63,979 bases of DNA from Gammaproteobacteria bacterium. GTDB lineage: Bacteria; Pseudomonadota; Gammaproteobacteria; SZUA-229. The DNA is taken from the NCBI GenBank assembly GCA_026196035.1, contig JAPHQX010000055.1, positions 1-63,979 of the forward strand, read 5' to 3'. How positions within the stretch are numbered: the first letter of the stretch is position 1; every line of letters starts with the position of its first letter. Shown here piece by piece: positions 29,230-39,254 of the stretch. The notes under the pieces were generated by a model. The model was not told where the DNA came from. It made no database searches and saw only the letters and a list, made by a program, of their open reading frames with translations. A program made the position numbers and the translations under genes.

Positions 29230-29431
29230 ACACATAAAAATCAATCAGTTACAAATAGATACCGATCGTCTTAATAAAAAGATATCCTTAGAATCCTCAA
29301 GCCAGACTTGATATACTAATTAAGCAGCAAATGATGTATCCCCTAGATGTTAGCCCCTCCATCCGCAGCATCCGCATCAAAGACTGACCTTTTATATGCA
29401 TGTTTTAATTAAAAGGAAATTAAAATAAATA

Positions 29432-31237
29432 ATGTCAATGGAAGAGCATAAAATATTTGATATCGTCAATGAACGGTACATCCTGAGTCAGGCACTGCTT
29501 AAAGCTATGGCGGGTATTGCCCGTAATACCGAACCTGAAATCGTTCTACAGGCTATCTGCGATTCAATCACCTCAAGTAAACACATCAAGCTTGCCTGGA
29601 TGGCCATGGGTGAATTAAGTCCTGAAACTATTCACCCTGAATATATAGTGGGGCCGGCAGCTGATTACATTGATCAGTTCAATATGCAACATCAATCGAC
29701 AACCGAACAGGCAACATTCAATCAGTCTATTCGAATCTGGAATACGATCACTGCAAATATTCATCAATCTGATAAAGCCTATGCATCGGGTTTACGTTCT
29801 GTCATTTCACTTCCAGTTGGCCAGAAAAACGGCATGCTGGCAGGCATTATCATGCTTTATTCAGATAAGCCTGCATACTTCGAACAGGTGGGTACTTCTT
29901 TTTTCTCTGCCTTTATTCATCTTGCCAACTCATCACTGGATCAATGCACATTACTCAGTGAACTAACACATCTGGCAAGCCATGACCTGCTAACAGGTAT
30001 TTTAAACAGGCGAGGTATACAGGAGTGCATGGAACGTGAGCTTTCCAGAAGTATTCGCAATAAACAGGCCTTCTCAATTGTTTTATTTGATGTTGATCGA
30101 TTCAAACTGGTCAATGATTTACTCGGCCACAAAGAAGGCGACTCTGTGCTAAAGGCCGTTACTGACGCGATTGAACAGATCATGCGTATTGAAGATTATT
30201 TTGGTCGTTGGGGTGGTGAAGAATTTATTTGTGTTATGCCTGAATCAAATCATAAAAATGCCATGCAAATTGCCGATCGCATGCGTCAGCATATTACCGA
30301 AACACATATTCAATCGGCATCCGGTACACTTAATGTTACAGCCAGTTTCGGCGTTGCCAGTTACCCGGAAGACGGTGATAACATCGACAAACTCATTGCC
30401 TCAGCGGATGCAGCCCTATATCAGGCCAAACGTACAGGTAGAGACAAAGTGATTAGTGCTAACGCCGTTCAACAGGGCATTTACAACATAGGCAATGAAC
30501 TGGATACGGCGCTACGAGAAGACCGCATCATTCCTGCCTATCAGAAAATAATTGATCTTCAAACGGGTAAAAAGGTAGGCGAAGAAACTTTGGCCAGATT
30601 AATCACCCCTAATGGACATCTAATACAGGCAGAACATTTTATTGATGCAGCCCATCAATTACAGCTACTACATAAAGTTGATCGAAACATTATTCTTCAG
30701 TCATTTTCACATTGTGTTAGCAGTCTGCAATCAGGCAACGGACATATGAATCATTTTATTAATATCTCGGCCGATCTGTTACGTCACAGAGAACTGGTTG
30801 ATGACATGCTCACTACAGCAAAAAAACATTGCCAGAATTGTGATGAATTTTCTGAAATTAACAGACCTATGGTTATAGAAATAACAGAACGTGAATTATT
30901 AACTGATATCAATACGGCATTAGAACTACTAACACCTTTTATTGATTTTGGCTTTAAACTTGCTCTGGATGATTTTGGTAGCGGTTATTCATCCTATAAA
31001 TACCTGGCAGATTTACCCATCAACTTCATAAAAATTGATGGCAACCTGATTAAACGTATTCGCGAACCAAAAATTCATGCCATTGTTCAGGGAATACAGG
31101 ATACGGCTAATCAAATGAAAATAACCACTCTGGCTGAATACATAGAAAATGAAGAAACCGAAAGCATTCTCAAGGATATTGGTATAGATTGGGGGCAAGG
31201 TTACTTTTATGGTAAACCCGAGGTTCATTACCACTAA
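29432..31237 (+). CDS. Sensor (GAF-like N-domain)-GGDEF-EAL c-di-GMP turnover protein
   Basis: 601 aa. Intact GGEEF with an RxxD I-site 5 aa upstream (RIED-YFGRW-GGEEF). The EAL domain has ETL, EITE and DDFGSGYSS motifs. Confidence 0.85.
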   Translation: MSMEEHKIFDIVNERYILSQALLKAMAGIARNTEPEIVLQAICDSITSSKHIKLAWMAMGELSPETIHPEYIVGPAADYIDQFNMQHQSTTEQATFNQSIRIWNTITANIHQSDKAYASGLRSVISLPVGQKNGMLAGIIMLYSDKPAYFEQVGTSFFSAFIHLANSSLDQCTLLSELTHLASHDLLTGILNRRGIQECMERELSRSIRNKQAFSIVLFDVDRFKLVNDLLGHKEGDSVLKAVTDAIEQIMRIEDYFGRWGGEEFICVMPESNHKNAMQIADRMRQHITETHIQSASGTLNVTASFGVASYPEDGDNIDKLIASADAALYQAKRTGRDKVISANAVQQGIYNIGNELDTALREDRIIPAYQKIIDLQTGKKVGEETLARLITPNGHLIQAEHFIDAAHQLQLLHKVDRNIILQSFSHCVSSLQSGNGHMNHFINISADLLRHRELVDDMLTTAKKHCQNCDEFSEINRPMVIEITERELLTDINTALELLTPFIDFGFKLALDDFGSGYSSYKYLADLPINFIKIDGNLIKRIREPKIHAIVQGIQDTANQMKITTLAEYIENEETESILKDIGIDWGQGYFYGKPEVHYH

Positions 31238-31399
31238 ACCATTGAACCTGGCTATTATTACAGCAAACTGTAAATTCACAACCATTAGAGCAATATACTC
31301 ACATCAGAACGAGACAGAAATCTCAGATTTCATTTTCTTTAATTTATCAAAACACGCTAAAATACACCTCTGATTTTCTATAGATGGTTTTTTAGACAA

Positions 31400-32086
31400 A
31401 TGAAGCAGTGGCTGACAGAACAAAACATAGAATCACTAATGAGCCTGGGTATCGCAGGTCTTATCATCATATTCGGCCTATATCTGCTTTACACAGTCAT
31501 AAAACAGAACATTTTGCGCCACTCAATAGAAACAAAGGTCAGTCAACTCGGTTTTAAGCAGTTAAAAGACATCATCATTGACGATGGTATGGACGGGAAA
31601 ATCCAGATAGAAAGGGTATTTCTCACCGCTAAGGGAATACTCGCTCTTTCAAGTAACTTTCTAACTGGAAATATTTTTGGTGATGACCGAATTGACACCT
31701 GGGCACAGGTGATTGATAAACGCACATATCGATTCCCAAATCCTTTATATAATTTTGAACATACTCTGGCGGCACTAAAACATCATTTTAACGATCTGCC
31801 CGTTTACGGAAAAATCCTATTTGTGGGTGACTGCAGCTTCCCCACTGGACAACCCATGGGTGCTTTATTAATTGACGATCTGGAAAAACATCAACATCAA
31901 ATAGAAACGAATGAGATTGATGAGCATAGTAAAGAATTATGGGATAAGTTTGCACAAACATGTGAACATACACGTCACAAAAAGATAGAATTACCCGGCG
32001 ATAAACAACTGAACAGAAGATTAACTATTTCAATTGCATTACTTACACTGGCAGGTTTATGGATTAGCTTACTGATCACAAATTAA
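31400..32086 (+). CDS. NERD (nuclease-related) domain membrane protein
   Basis: 228 aa with N- and C-terminal TM helices. The central region has a NERD-like pattern (IQIERVFLTAKGILALSS...G.IFGDDRIDTWAQ...NPLYNFEHTLAALK). Confidence 0.5.
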   Translation: MKQWLTEQNIESLMSLGIAGLIIIFGLYLLYTVIKQNILRHSIETKVSQLGFKQLKDIIIDDGMDGKIQIERVFLTAKGILALSSNFLTGNIFGDDRIDTWAQVIDKRTYRFPNPLYNFEHTLAALKHHFNDLPVYGKILFVGDCSFPTGQPMGALLIDDLEKHQHQIETNEIDEHSKELWDKFAQTCEHTRHKKIELPGDKQLNRRLTISIALLTLAGLWISLLITN

Positions 32087-32093
32087 ACACCGG

Positions 32094-32540
32094 TTAATCT
32101 GCCTCTTCATGTAATTTAACTGTCATCTCCTTTATCAAATCACCACCTTTTAACACTCTGCAGGTAACACCTCCACGCCAGCCTATAGCCAATGCTTTTA
32201 AAAGGCCTTTATGAACTTTTTCCATACGCGCACAGGGATCTGTTTCACCAGTAATTTCAAGCAGTGCATCACCTATTGAAATATACAGACCTTTTGACTG
32301 ATCTAATGGCAGATCATCAACCAGCAAATTAGCTCTTCGCTTTGTCCAGTCGAGCTCAACACCCAGTTCATTACATGCCGCATTCCAGGCCGATAATGAT
32401 AATACCGTGACCTGACGAGGACCCGGTTTACCACGACTATCACCTACAACACCTGAAGCAGTTGTTAAAACGGCCTGATGACAGCTATACATTTCAACTT
32501 CACCCTGCGACTTAATTGCAATAGCCAGTAATTTTGCCAT
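32094..32540 (-). CDS. MOSC domain protein
   Basis: 148 aa. MOSC-like beta-barrel pattern (RQVTVLS..., GETDPCARMEK with a conserved Cys). Confidence 0.7.
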   Translation of the reverse strand: MAKLLAIAIKSQGEVEMYSCHQAVLTTASGVVGDSRGKPGPRQVTVLSLSAWNAACNELGVELDWTKRRANLLVDDLPLDQSKGLYISIGDALLEITGETDPCARMEKVHKGLLKALAIGWRGGVTCRVLKGGDLIKEMTVKLHEEAD

Positions 32541-33199
32541 TAATCTGCTTCAACCTGCATACATTCATCCAGTAGTTCACGCATTTTATCAACACCCAGT
32601 TTTTCAGTAATCCGTATATTACGCTCAGGAATTCTATCCGGGCGAGCATAAGAAACTAAAGCTTGAGCCAGACTATCTTCGCGCAATAAATGTAATATCG
32701 GGTAAGGCGAACGATTCGTATAATTCTCAGCAGCATCAATTTCAGCATCTGCAAACTGGTATCCCGGATGTAAACTGGCCACCTGAAACTCCCCTTCGAA
32801 ATCACATTGCTTCAAAAACATATCCACCACAGACAGGAAACTGTTGTAATCAAAAAAATCATTCAACACATAAGGATGAATTAATACTGTCGTTTCAATT
32901 TTTTCTGGATTGGTCTGCCTTAATAACTCAAGCTCCTGATGCATATCATTTAATAATGTGTCGGTAGACTCTGCTTCACTAACCACATAACGCACTCCCC
33001 GGCTTTCAAATGGCTTGCGCGCAAAAGGACACAGATTAAACTCAACCACAACTCTCTCGATCCAGCACTTACAGCGAGCAATAATTGTTTGAGCTGTTAT
33101 ATGGCGATCAATCTGCAAACTCAAGTCGCTCTTCAAAACCGGTAAGCGCCTTAAGAGCACAGGCCTCATCAATATCACCACCCGGTGCACCACTGACAC
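32540..33199 (-). CDS. DUF1415 family protein
   Basis: Contains the family motif W..VV..NLCPFARKPF. The start is uncertain because the tracked N-terminus overlaps glcG by 92 nt. A TTG at 33118 would give a family-typical N-terminus. Confidence 0.65.
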   Translation of the reverse strand: MSVVHRVVILMRPVLLRRLPVLKSDLSLQIDRHITAQTIIARCKCWIERVVVEFNLCPFARKPFESRGVRYVVSEAESTDTLLNDMHQELELLRQTNPEKIETTVLIHPYVLNDFFDYNSFLSVVDMFLKQCDFEGEFQVASLHPGYQFADAEIDAAENYTNRSPYPILHLLREDSLAQALVSYARPDRIPERNIRITEKLGVDKMRELLDECMQVEAD

Positions 33200-33611
33200 C
33201 TATGGCACCAATATAATTACCACCCGCCGTTATCTGTACACCACCGGTCATTACAATCAAACCATTAACATGATTCAGTTCCTGTCTGATATCAGCACGA
33301 TTTTTCCTGAACTCACCTGAATTAACCCCTGACATAATAACTGCATTAGCTTTCTCTTCTGCAATCTGTAATGTAAATCGAGCAGCCAGATCATCACGCA
33401 TTGCAATACGTACTATGCCATTACGGTCAACCACAACGGCACTGATCTGATAACCCATTTTTCGGCACTCTTTTATCGTCGCACCAGCAATATCACGAGC
33501 CAGATCTAAACCAATGGTTCTCATAGTAAGAACATCTTCAGCCAATGACGGGCTTGTCACTGTACAGAAAAATATCAATTGCCATAATCTAAATGTATTT
33601 ATCGTTTTCAC
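33108..33611 (-). CDS. GlcG/HbpS-like (DUF336) haem-binding family protein, secreted
   Basis: 167 aa with a signal peptide. Family motif GAIGVSGAPGGDIDEACA. Confidence 0.75.
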   Translation of the reverse strand: MKTINTFRLWQLIFFCTVTSPSLAEDVLTMRTIGLDLARDIAGATIKECRKMGYQISAVVVDRNGIVRIAMRDDLAARFTLQIAEEKANAVIMSGVNSGEFRKNRADIRQELNHVNGLIVMTGGVQITAGGNYIGAIGVSGAPGGDIDEACALKALTGFEERLEFAD

Positions 33612-33740
33612 CAGAGCACCCTTTTCTATTTCGAATTTAAAGTATCAGCCTTGATAACATGCCTAGAATATCAAATAACCCTACTCATCTACACTATACT
33701 TGTGTTTAATTTACAGACAACCACATCATAAAGGCCTGAT

Positions 33741-34526
33741 ATGTTTACTGATGATCAAATTCCCGAACAATGTACACAACTCTGGAATGACTGTAGTGAT
33801 CTGGTCAGCAAGCTGGTTGATGGCGCACCCATAAAGAATGCGGGCCTTAGAATTCCCGCCGAAACTGAAATTGATATCAATAAAATTCAATCCATTTATT
33901 TAATCAGAGAAGGCATATTACGGGAAAAACATGAGAACAACATACTAGCCAATTATGAACAGGGTGATATTGTAGGACTTGATGCGATATTCAATCACAA
34001 ACCTACTCAACTAATGACCGACTTTGCCATTGTGGTTGATGAATACGATGCTACAGAATTATTAAATCATATTCGTTCAGATGAAACGCGTAGCCAGACC
34101 ATGATTCAATTTATGTCTGGCATGTATCACAGTTACCAGTTGATCAGCTCACATTACAAACAGGATGACGCCGACTTTCATCCTGAAATCCGTCACTATG
34201 ATGAAGATGAAACCATCATCGAAGAAGGTGGCACCGACAATGAAGTTTATACCCTGCTTTCTGGTTCCGCAGATGTACTGGTCAGTAATACACAGGTTGG
34301 AGAGATAAAACGTGATGAAATATTTGGTGCCATTGCCGCATTAACCGGTACTCCGCGCACAGCAAAAGTGGTTGCCTCATCAGAGTGCAGTGTTCTGGTG
34401 GTGGCCAGTGACCGGTTTCAGGATTTACTGGAAAAACGACCAGATACAGTCACTAAATTAATTGAGGATATGGCGAGAACGATTGTGGCGAGTAATCAGA
34501 AGATTGTGGATTTATCTTCGAAGTAA
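33741..34526 (+). CDS. Protein with cyclic-nucleotide-binding (CAP-effector-like) domains and no recognisable output domain
   Basis: 261 aa. The C-terminal cNMP-binding signature is clear (GEIKRDEIFGAIAALTGTPRTAKVVA). The N-terminal half looks like a degenerate second copy. Confidence 0.7.
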   Translation: MFTDDQIPEQCTQLWNDCSDLVSKLVDGAPIKNAGLRIPAETEIDINKIQSIYLIREGILREKHENNILANYEQGDIVGLDAIFNHKPTQLMTDFAIVVDEYDATELLNHIRSDETRSQTMIQFMSGMYHSYQLISSHYKQDDADFHPEIRHYDEDETIIEEGGTDNEVYTLLSGSADVLVSNTQVGEIKRDEIFGAIAALTGTPRTAKVVASSECSVLVVASDRFQDLLEKRPDTVTKLIEDMARTIVASNQKIVDLSSK

Positions 34527-34605
34527 ATTTCACTATCGATGCCACAACATTTGATAACTATCCTTGTGAACGCTATCAGATGATAGCTTTCCACCGCGCA
34601 AGGCA

Positions 34606-35601
34606 TTAAACACTTCCTACCCCAAAACTCAAAACATTCTCAATACGATCAACCCCCAACAAAACCATCAACAACCGATCTAGCCCAATCGCCACCCCTG
34701 AACATTCCGGCATACCCTGCTCTAATGCAGCCAGTAAATGCCCATCAATCGAAACCTGTTCCATCCCCAGTTCTTGTCGTTTTTTATTTTCACTTTCAAA
34801 ACGCTCTCGCTGCTCAACCGCATCGGTTAATTCATTAAAACCATTTGCCAGTTCCAGCTCTCCAAAAAAAACTTCAAAGCGATGTGATGTTCTGGGATCA
34901 AGCACATTCAATTTGGCCAACGCTGCCTGTGATGCAGGGTAATCATATAAAAAAGTAAAACTGTTTTTATCAAATGCTGGCGCTATAGCCTGAGTCATTA
35001 ACCAGTCCAGCCACATATCTTTATTCAGCTCGTCCATGCCCACAGGGATTTCAATATTATATTTCAGTGTGATCTGTTTTAATGCTTTAGCATCTGCCTC
35101 CAGCGGATCAATGCCCAGAACATCTATAAACACCTGTTGGTATGAAACTCGTTTAACTGGCTGGCAGATTAATTTTATATTGAGCTGATCAATGAGCTTT
35201 TGAAATAATTGCTCCACTTCATCCATCAACTGATGATGATCAAGACCAATGCGATACCATTCAAGCATAGTGAATTCCGGATTATGGTTTTTACCCTGTT
35301 CATCATCTCGAAATACTTTACAGATCTGATAAATATCACCACTACCGGATGCCAGCAGGCGTTTCATAAAAAATTCAGGAGATGTCTGTAAATAGTAATC
35401 TTTATTAAGATAACGGGTTTGAAAACTCTGTAGATGGGGATCAGTAATGCTAGATGTTGAAAGCACTGGCGTCTCAACTTCCAGCACTTGTTGCTCCGCA
35501 AAAAAAGCCCGGATGTTTTGCAACATTCGGGCTCTGGCTTTCAGTACTTCAACTGACGCTGTGGGCTGCCAGTTAGTCTTTGACTCGAGAGACATATTCA
35601 C
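34606..35601 (-). CDS. epmA: EF-P-(R)-beta-lysine ligase EpmA (PoxA/GenX)
   Basis: 331 aa truncated class II LysRS-like protein. N-terminus [36 protein letters not shown] parallels E. coli EpmA. Its start overlaps the efp 3' end. Confidence 0.9.
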   Translation of the reverse strand: MNMSLESKTNWQPTASVEVLKARARMLQNIRAFFAEQQVLEVETPVLSTSSITDPHLQSFQTRYLNKDYYLQTSPEFFMKRLLASGSGDIYQICKVFRDDEQGKNHNPEFTMLEWYRIGLDHHQLMDEVEQLFQKLIDQLNIKLICQPVKRVSYQQVFIDVLGIDPLEADAKALKQITLKYNIEIPVGMDELNKDMWLDWLMTQAIAPAFDKNSFTFLYDYPASQAALAKLNVLDPRTSHRFEVFFGELELANGFNELTDAVEQRERFESENKKRQELGMEQVSIDGHLLAALEQGMPECSGVAIGLDRLLMVLLGVDRIENVLSFGVGSV

Positions 35602-36142
35602 CGCTTCGGGTATCGACTTTTAAAACTTCACCTATTTCAACAAACAATGGCACTTTTACAACAGCACCTGATTCCAGAGTTGCCGGTTTGGTGCCACCCT
35701 GGGCTGTATCTCCTTTCAGGCCCGGGTCTGTCTCGGTCACTGTTAGCTCAACAAAATTAGGTGGTGTAACAGTTAATGGCGCACCATCCCATAAGGTTAC
35801 AGTACACAGTTCCTGACCTTTTAACCATTTTGCTGCTTCTGCCATGGCGGCCTCACCGGCACCAATCTGCTCAAAAGTATTGGGGTCCATGAAGTACCAG
35901 AATTCACCATCGCTATAGGAGAATTCCATATCCACATCAACGACATCTGCCGCTTCTACCGATTCATTTGATTTGAATGTTTTCTCAATCATCCGCCCGG
36001 TTTTTAAATTACGTAATTTCACACGATTAAACGCCTGACCTTTACCAGGTTTAACCAGTTCATTTTCAACAATAGATACTGGATCGCCATCGAGTAGTAA
36101 TTTCAATCCACCTTTGAATTCATTTGTGCTGTATGATGCCAT
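35573..36142 (-). CDS. efp: Elongation factor P
   Basis: 189 aa. The KPGKGQAF loop carries the modifiable Lys. Confidence 0.97.
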   Translation of the reverse strand: MASYSTNEFKGGLKLLLDGDPVSIVENELVKPGKGQAFNRVKLRNLKTGRMIEKTFKSNESVEAADVVDVDMEFSYSDGEFWYFMDPNTFEQIGAGEAAMAEAAKWLKGQELCTVTLWDGAPLTVTPPNFVELTVTETDPGLKGDTAQGGTKPATLESGAVVKVPLFVEIGEVLKVDTRSGEYVSRVKD

Positions 36143-36200
36143 CTGTATTACCTTAAATCAGAGCGTAAAAACGCGCTTATAATACGCTTTTAAATCAAAA

Positions 36201-37220
36201 ATGCCAAAATCTACACTGTATCAACTAAATTCACTCAAGGCTGACTGGCAGCAGCAATTGTCCCAGGCCATAACCGACCCCCTGGAACTGCTTAATTTGC
36301 TGGACCTTGATGCCACTGACTTCCCTCTGATCCAGCAGGCCAGCGAAAGCTTTCAACTCAAGCTGCCCCGTGCTTATGTGGATAAAATCGAGCCTGGCAA
36401 CCCTGATGACCCCTTATTGAAACAGGTGATGGCAACGGCAGCCGAACTTGATACAGATGAAAACTACTGCGCTGATCCCGTCGGTGACCTTCAGTCCATG
36501 CCTGTACCAGGCTTACTGCATAAATATCATGGCCGTGTACTACTAATTACCACAGGTGCCTGTGCCATCCATTGCCGCTACTGTTTTCGCAGGCACTTTC
36601 CATACAGCGATAATCATTCGGCGAAGAATCAGTGGCAGGAATCGATTACCTATATAGATCAGAATACTGATGTTTCAGAGGTGATACTCAGTGGTGGAGA
36701 TCCATTAATTCTCTCTGATAGCAAACTGCAACAGCTTATTGATCAGCTTAACAGCATCGATCATGTCACCACACTACGCATTCACAGCCGAATTCCAGTA
36801 ACTCTGCCGTCACGCATCACGGACCAGTTGATAACCACCCTGACATCATCAAACTTGCAGATCTGCATGGTAATCCACGCTAACCATTCCAATGAAATTG
36901 GGGATGAAGAACAAACGGCTCTCAGACATCTAAATCAGGCAGGTATCACCCTGCTAAACCAGAGCGTCCTGCTAAGAGGGGTAAATGACTGCTCAGTCAT
37001 TTTATCTAATTTAAGTCACAGGCTATTCGAATCTAAAGTCCTGCCCTATTATCTGCATATGCTGGATCCAGTACAGGGGGCAAGCCATTTTCGCGTCAAC
37101 GAGAAACAGGCTGTAAAACTGCTAAAGGACCTGAGAAATAAACTACCCGGTTACCTGGTACCCTGCCTGGTAAAAGAAACTGCCGGTGAAAAGAGCAAAT
37201 TACCTCTATTTGAGCTATAA
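36201..37220 (+). CDS. epmB: EF-P beta-lysylation radical SAM protein EpmB (lysine 2,3-aminomutase-like)
   Basis: 339 aa. CAIHCRYCFRR radical SAM cluster motif. Divergent from efp. Confidence 0.9.
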   Translation: MPKSTLYQLNSLKADWQQQLSQAITDPLELLNLLDLDATDFPLIQQASESFQLKLPRAYVDKIEPGNPDDPLLKQVMATAAELDTDENYCADPVGDLQSMPVPGLLHKYHGRVLLITTGACAIHCRYCFRRHFPYSDNHSAKNQWQESITYIDQNTDVSEVILSGGDPLILSDSKLQQLIDQLNSIDHVTTLRIHSRIPVTLPSRITDQLITTLTSSNLQICMVIHANHSNEIGDEEQTALRHLNQAGITLLNQSVLLRGVNDCSVILSNLSHRLFESKVLPYYLHMLDPVQGASHFRVNEKQAVKLLKDLRNKLPGYLVPCLVKETAGEKSKLPLFEL

Positions 37221-37389
37221 ATTTATTTAATCTCACGAAATAAACTTAAAAACCGTCTCCATGTTGCTGTTTTTACTAAATTTCTTAAGGTATTCAACAA
37301 AATAGGATAGACTTAGCATTTAGATGATCATATTACGAAATACGAATAGTCACATGAATAAGGGCTGAACCTTAAAACAATAAAAATCG

Positions 37390-39240
37390 ATGAAGTTACA
37401 TATTCCAGAACAAATTCCACCAACAGAAGATGATTTTCCAAATCATCCTCGTAAGGTTAAAAAATGGCTAGCTGAATTAAAACAGGCCAATATGGGTGAT
37501 TTCGCCCGTGAAATCTACAATGGTTTATTACAGTTAAACCGCCAGGCCATGCCAGCTAAATATCGTTTTGAAAATATGGAGCAACTACGCCCAGCTGCTC
37601 GTTATATTTTCAATCAATTGCAAAAGCACTTTGTTAATCGCACATTACCCTTGCCTGAAAAGAGCATGAAAATCATCAACCTGAATCAGGCTCTTTTGAA
37701 TGAAATGACGGTTGGCTACAAAATTATTATTTTTGAAAGTGCCAACGATCTAGGCAAGGTTGATAGTAAACATTTACTTCTTTCATGCGAAAGATCATTA
37801 CATTATTTCTCAGAACTTCTTCTTCGTTTTAGTCAGGTCTATTCTGAATATCCTAAAGGGACATGGTGGGATATTCACAGAATATATGGCTATGCCGAAC
37901 AAAAAGATTTCCACACGAAAAAAATCAGTGATACTGAGCTTAATAGTAAAAATATCACCATAGAAAATTATTACAAACAGATTCTGTTGTTTTCACTTGC
38001 TCGACCCAATGCACTGCGCCAAAGTGATGCTGAACGTGTATATAAAACTCTACCTGAATGGGTTGATTTCTCAACCCTGTCCCGCAAATTAAAAGCGAAT
38101 AATATGAATCGCTATTTTTGCAGTAAACTGGATAGCGACCAACCACCCACCTGTATTTCAGAAAATGAAACCGGTGATAGTAAATTACTAAGAAATATTG
38201 AGCTCGACAAACTGGTCAACCAGCTACGAAAACAAATCAATAACAGCGAAAGTTTTGGCACTCAAATATCAATTGGCGATAAGGTTTCACAAGAAACACT
38301 CAGAACCTTAGTATCATCATGGAGTCTTTGTGCGGCAAGAAGATTCTCTCGCGGTCACAGAGAAAGCAATATAAAAGCATCCATTGGCCTGAACTCAATA
38401 TTTACAGAGCTTACAAAATCACCAGAGCCAGTAGAAACAAAATCAAAACCTGCTAAAAAACCTGGTGCGATGTTTTCATTAGAATCAATACCGGAAAACA
38501 TGAGAACGAAAAGCGAAGTTTTTGATAATCAGGACCCATCATTTTTCATCACTCATCCGAATTTAAAAGCCGAAAAGGAGTCATCAGCCAGCGCCTGGGA
38601 TATGGTTGCAAAAGGCCGCACCTTAACTGAAAGCTATGTAAATGAATTACAGGCACAAGATGATGAATTCAGCACCCTCGATAAAGATGCGCCTGATTTA
38701 CACTGGCAAATATCCAATGTCAGCGCGGGAGGTTATTGTCTATGCTGGAATTCAAAAACCACTTCGCGCGCACAGGTCGGTGAACTTATTGGTATCCGTG
38801 AAAAAGAACCTGATCACACATATCAATGGCGCGTTGGCGTAATCAGATGGATGCAATTCACTCAAAAAAATGGACTCGAAATCGGTATCCAGGTACTTGC
38901 ACCTAAATTAATACCCTGCAAGATAAACAGAAGCCATAGAAAAAAAGAAGACCCATTTGATGGATTAATGTTACCTGGAATCAAACCCATACAGCAACCA
39001 TCAACAATACTGGTACCTGCTCACGCATTTAAGAAAGATGATGTATTAAATATCAAAATTCATGACCGTGACATGGAAATAAAACTGGGCATGATTAGAG
39101 AACATACTGGCTCATTCACACAATTTCAGTTTTCTCAAATATCCAACACACCAGAACCGGACGATAATGGTGGAAATGAGAACAAAAAAGAATCTAGCGG
39201 AAAGCCGGATGACTTTAACTCCATATGGTCTTCATTGTAA
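37390..39240 (+). CDS. Large hypothetical protein with a C-terminal PilZ-like domain split by a ~120-aa insertion
   Basis: 616 aa. RRFSR (RxxxR, aa 317-321) and NVSAGG ((D/N)xSxxG, aa 443-448), followed by a beta-rich region. I did not recognise the N-terminal 300 aa. It ends 14 nt before the FimX-like gene. Confidence 0.5.
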   Translation: MKLHIPEQIPPTEDDFPNHPRKVKKWLAELKQANMGDFAREIYNGLLQLNRQAMPAKYRFENMEQLRPAARYIFNQLQKHFVNRTLPLPEKSMKIINLNQALLNEMTVGYKIIIFESANDLGKVDSKHLLLSCERSLHYFSELLLRFSQVYSEYPKGTWWDIHRIYGYAEQKDFHTKKISDTELNSKNITIENYYKQILLFSLARPNALRQSDAERVYKTLPEWVDFSTLSRKLKANNMNRYFCSKLDSDQPPTCISENETGDSKLLRNIELDKLVNQLRKQINNSESFGTQISIGDKVSQETLRTLVSSWSLCAARRFSRGHRESNIKASIGLNSIFTELTKSPEPVETKSKPAKKPGAMFSLESIPENMRTKSEVFDNQDPSFFITHPNLKAEKESSASAWDMVAKGRTLTESYVNELQAQDDEFSTLDKDAPDLHWQISNVSAGGYCLCWNSKTTSRAQVGELIGIREKEPDHTYQWRVGVIRWMQFTQKNGLEIGIQVLAPKLIPCKINRSHRKKEDPFDGLMLPGIKPIQQPSTILVPAHAFKKDDVLNIKIHDRDMEIKLGMIREHTGSFTQFQFSQISNTPEPDDNGGNENKKESSGKPDDFNSIWSSL

Positions 39241-39254
39241 TCGAGAGATAAATA

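Noticed and set aside
29360-29378. Tandem CATCCGCA-G-CATCCGCA motif in the rsgA / GGDEF-EAL spacer
   Set aside because: There are only two short copies and no hairpin context. The GGA-bearing strand is antisense to both flanking genes. Probably chance.
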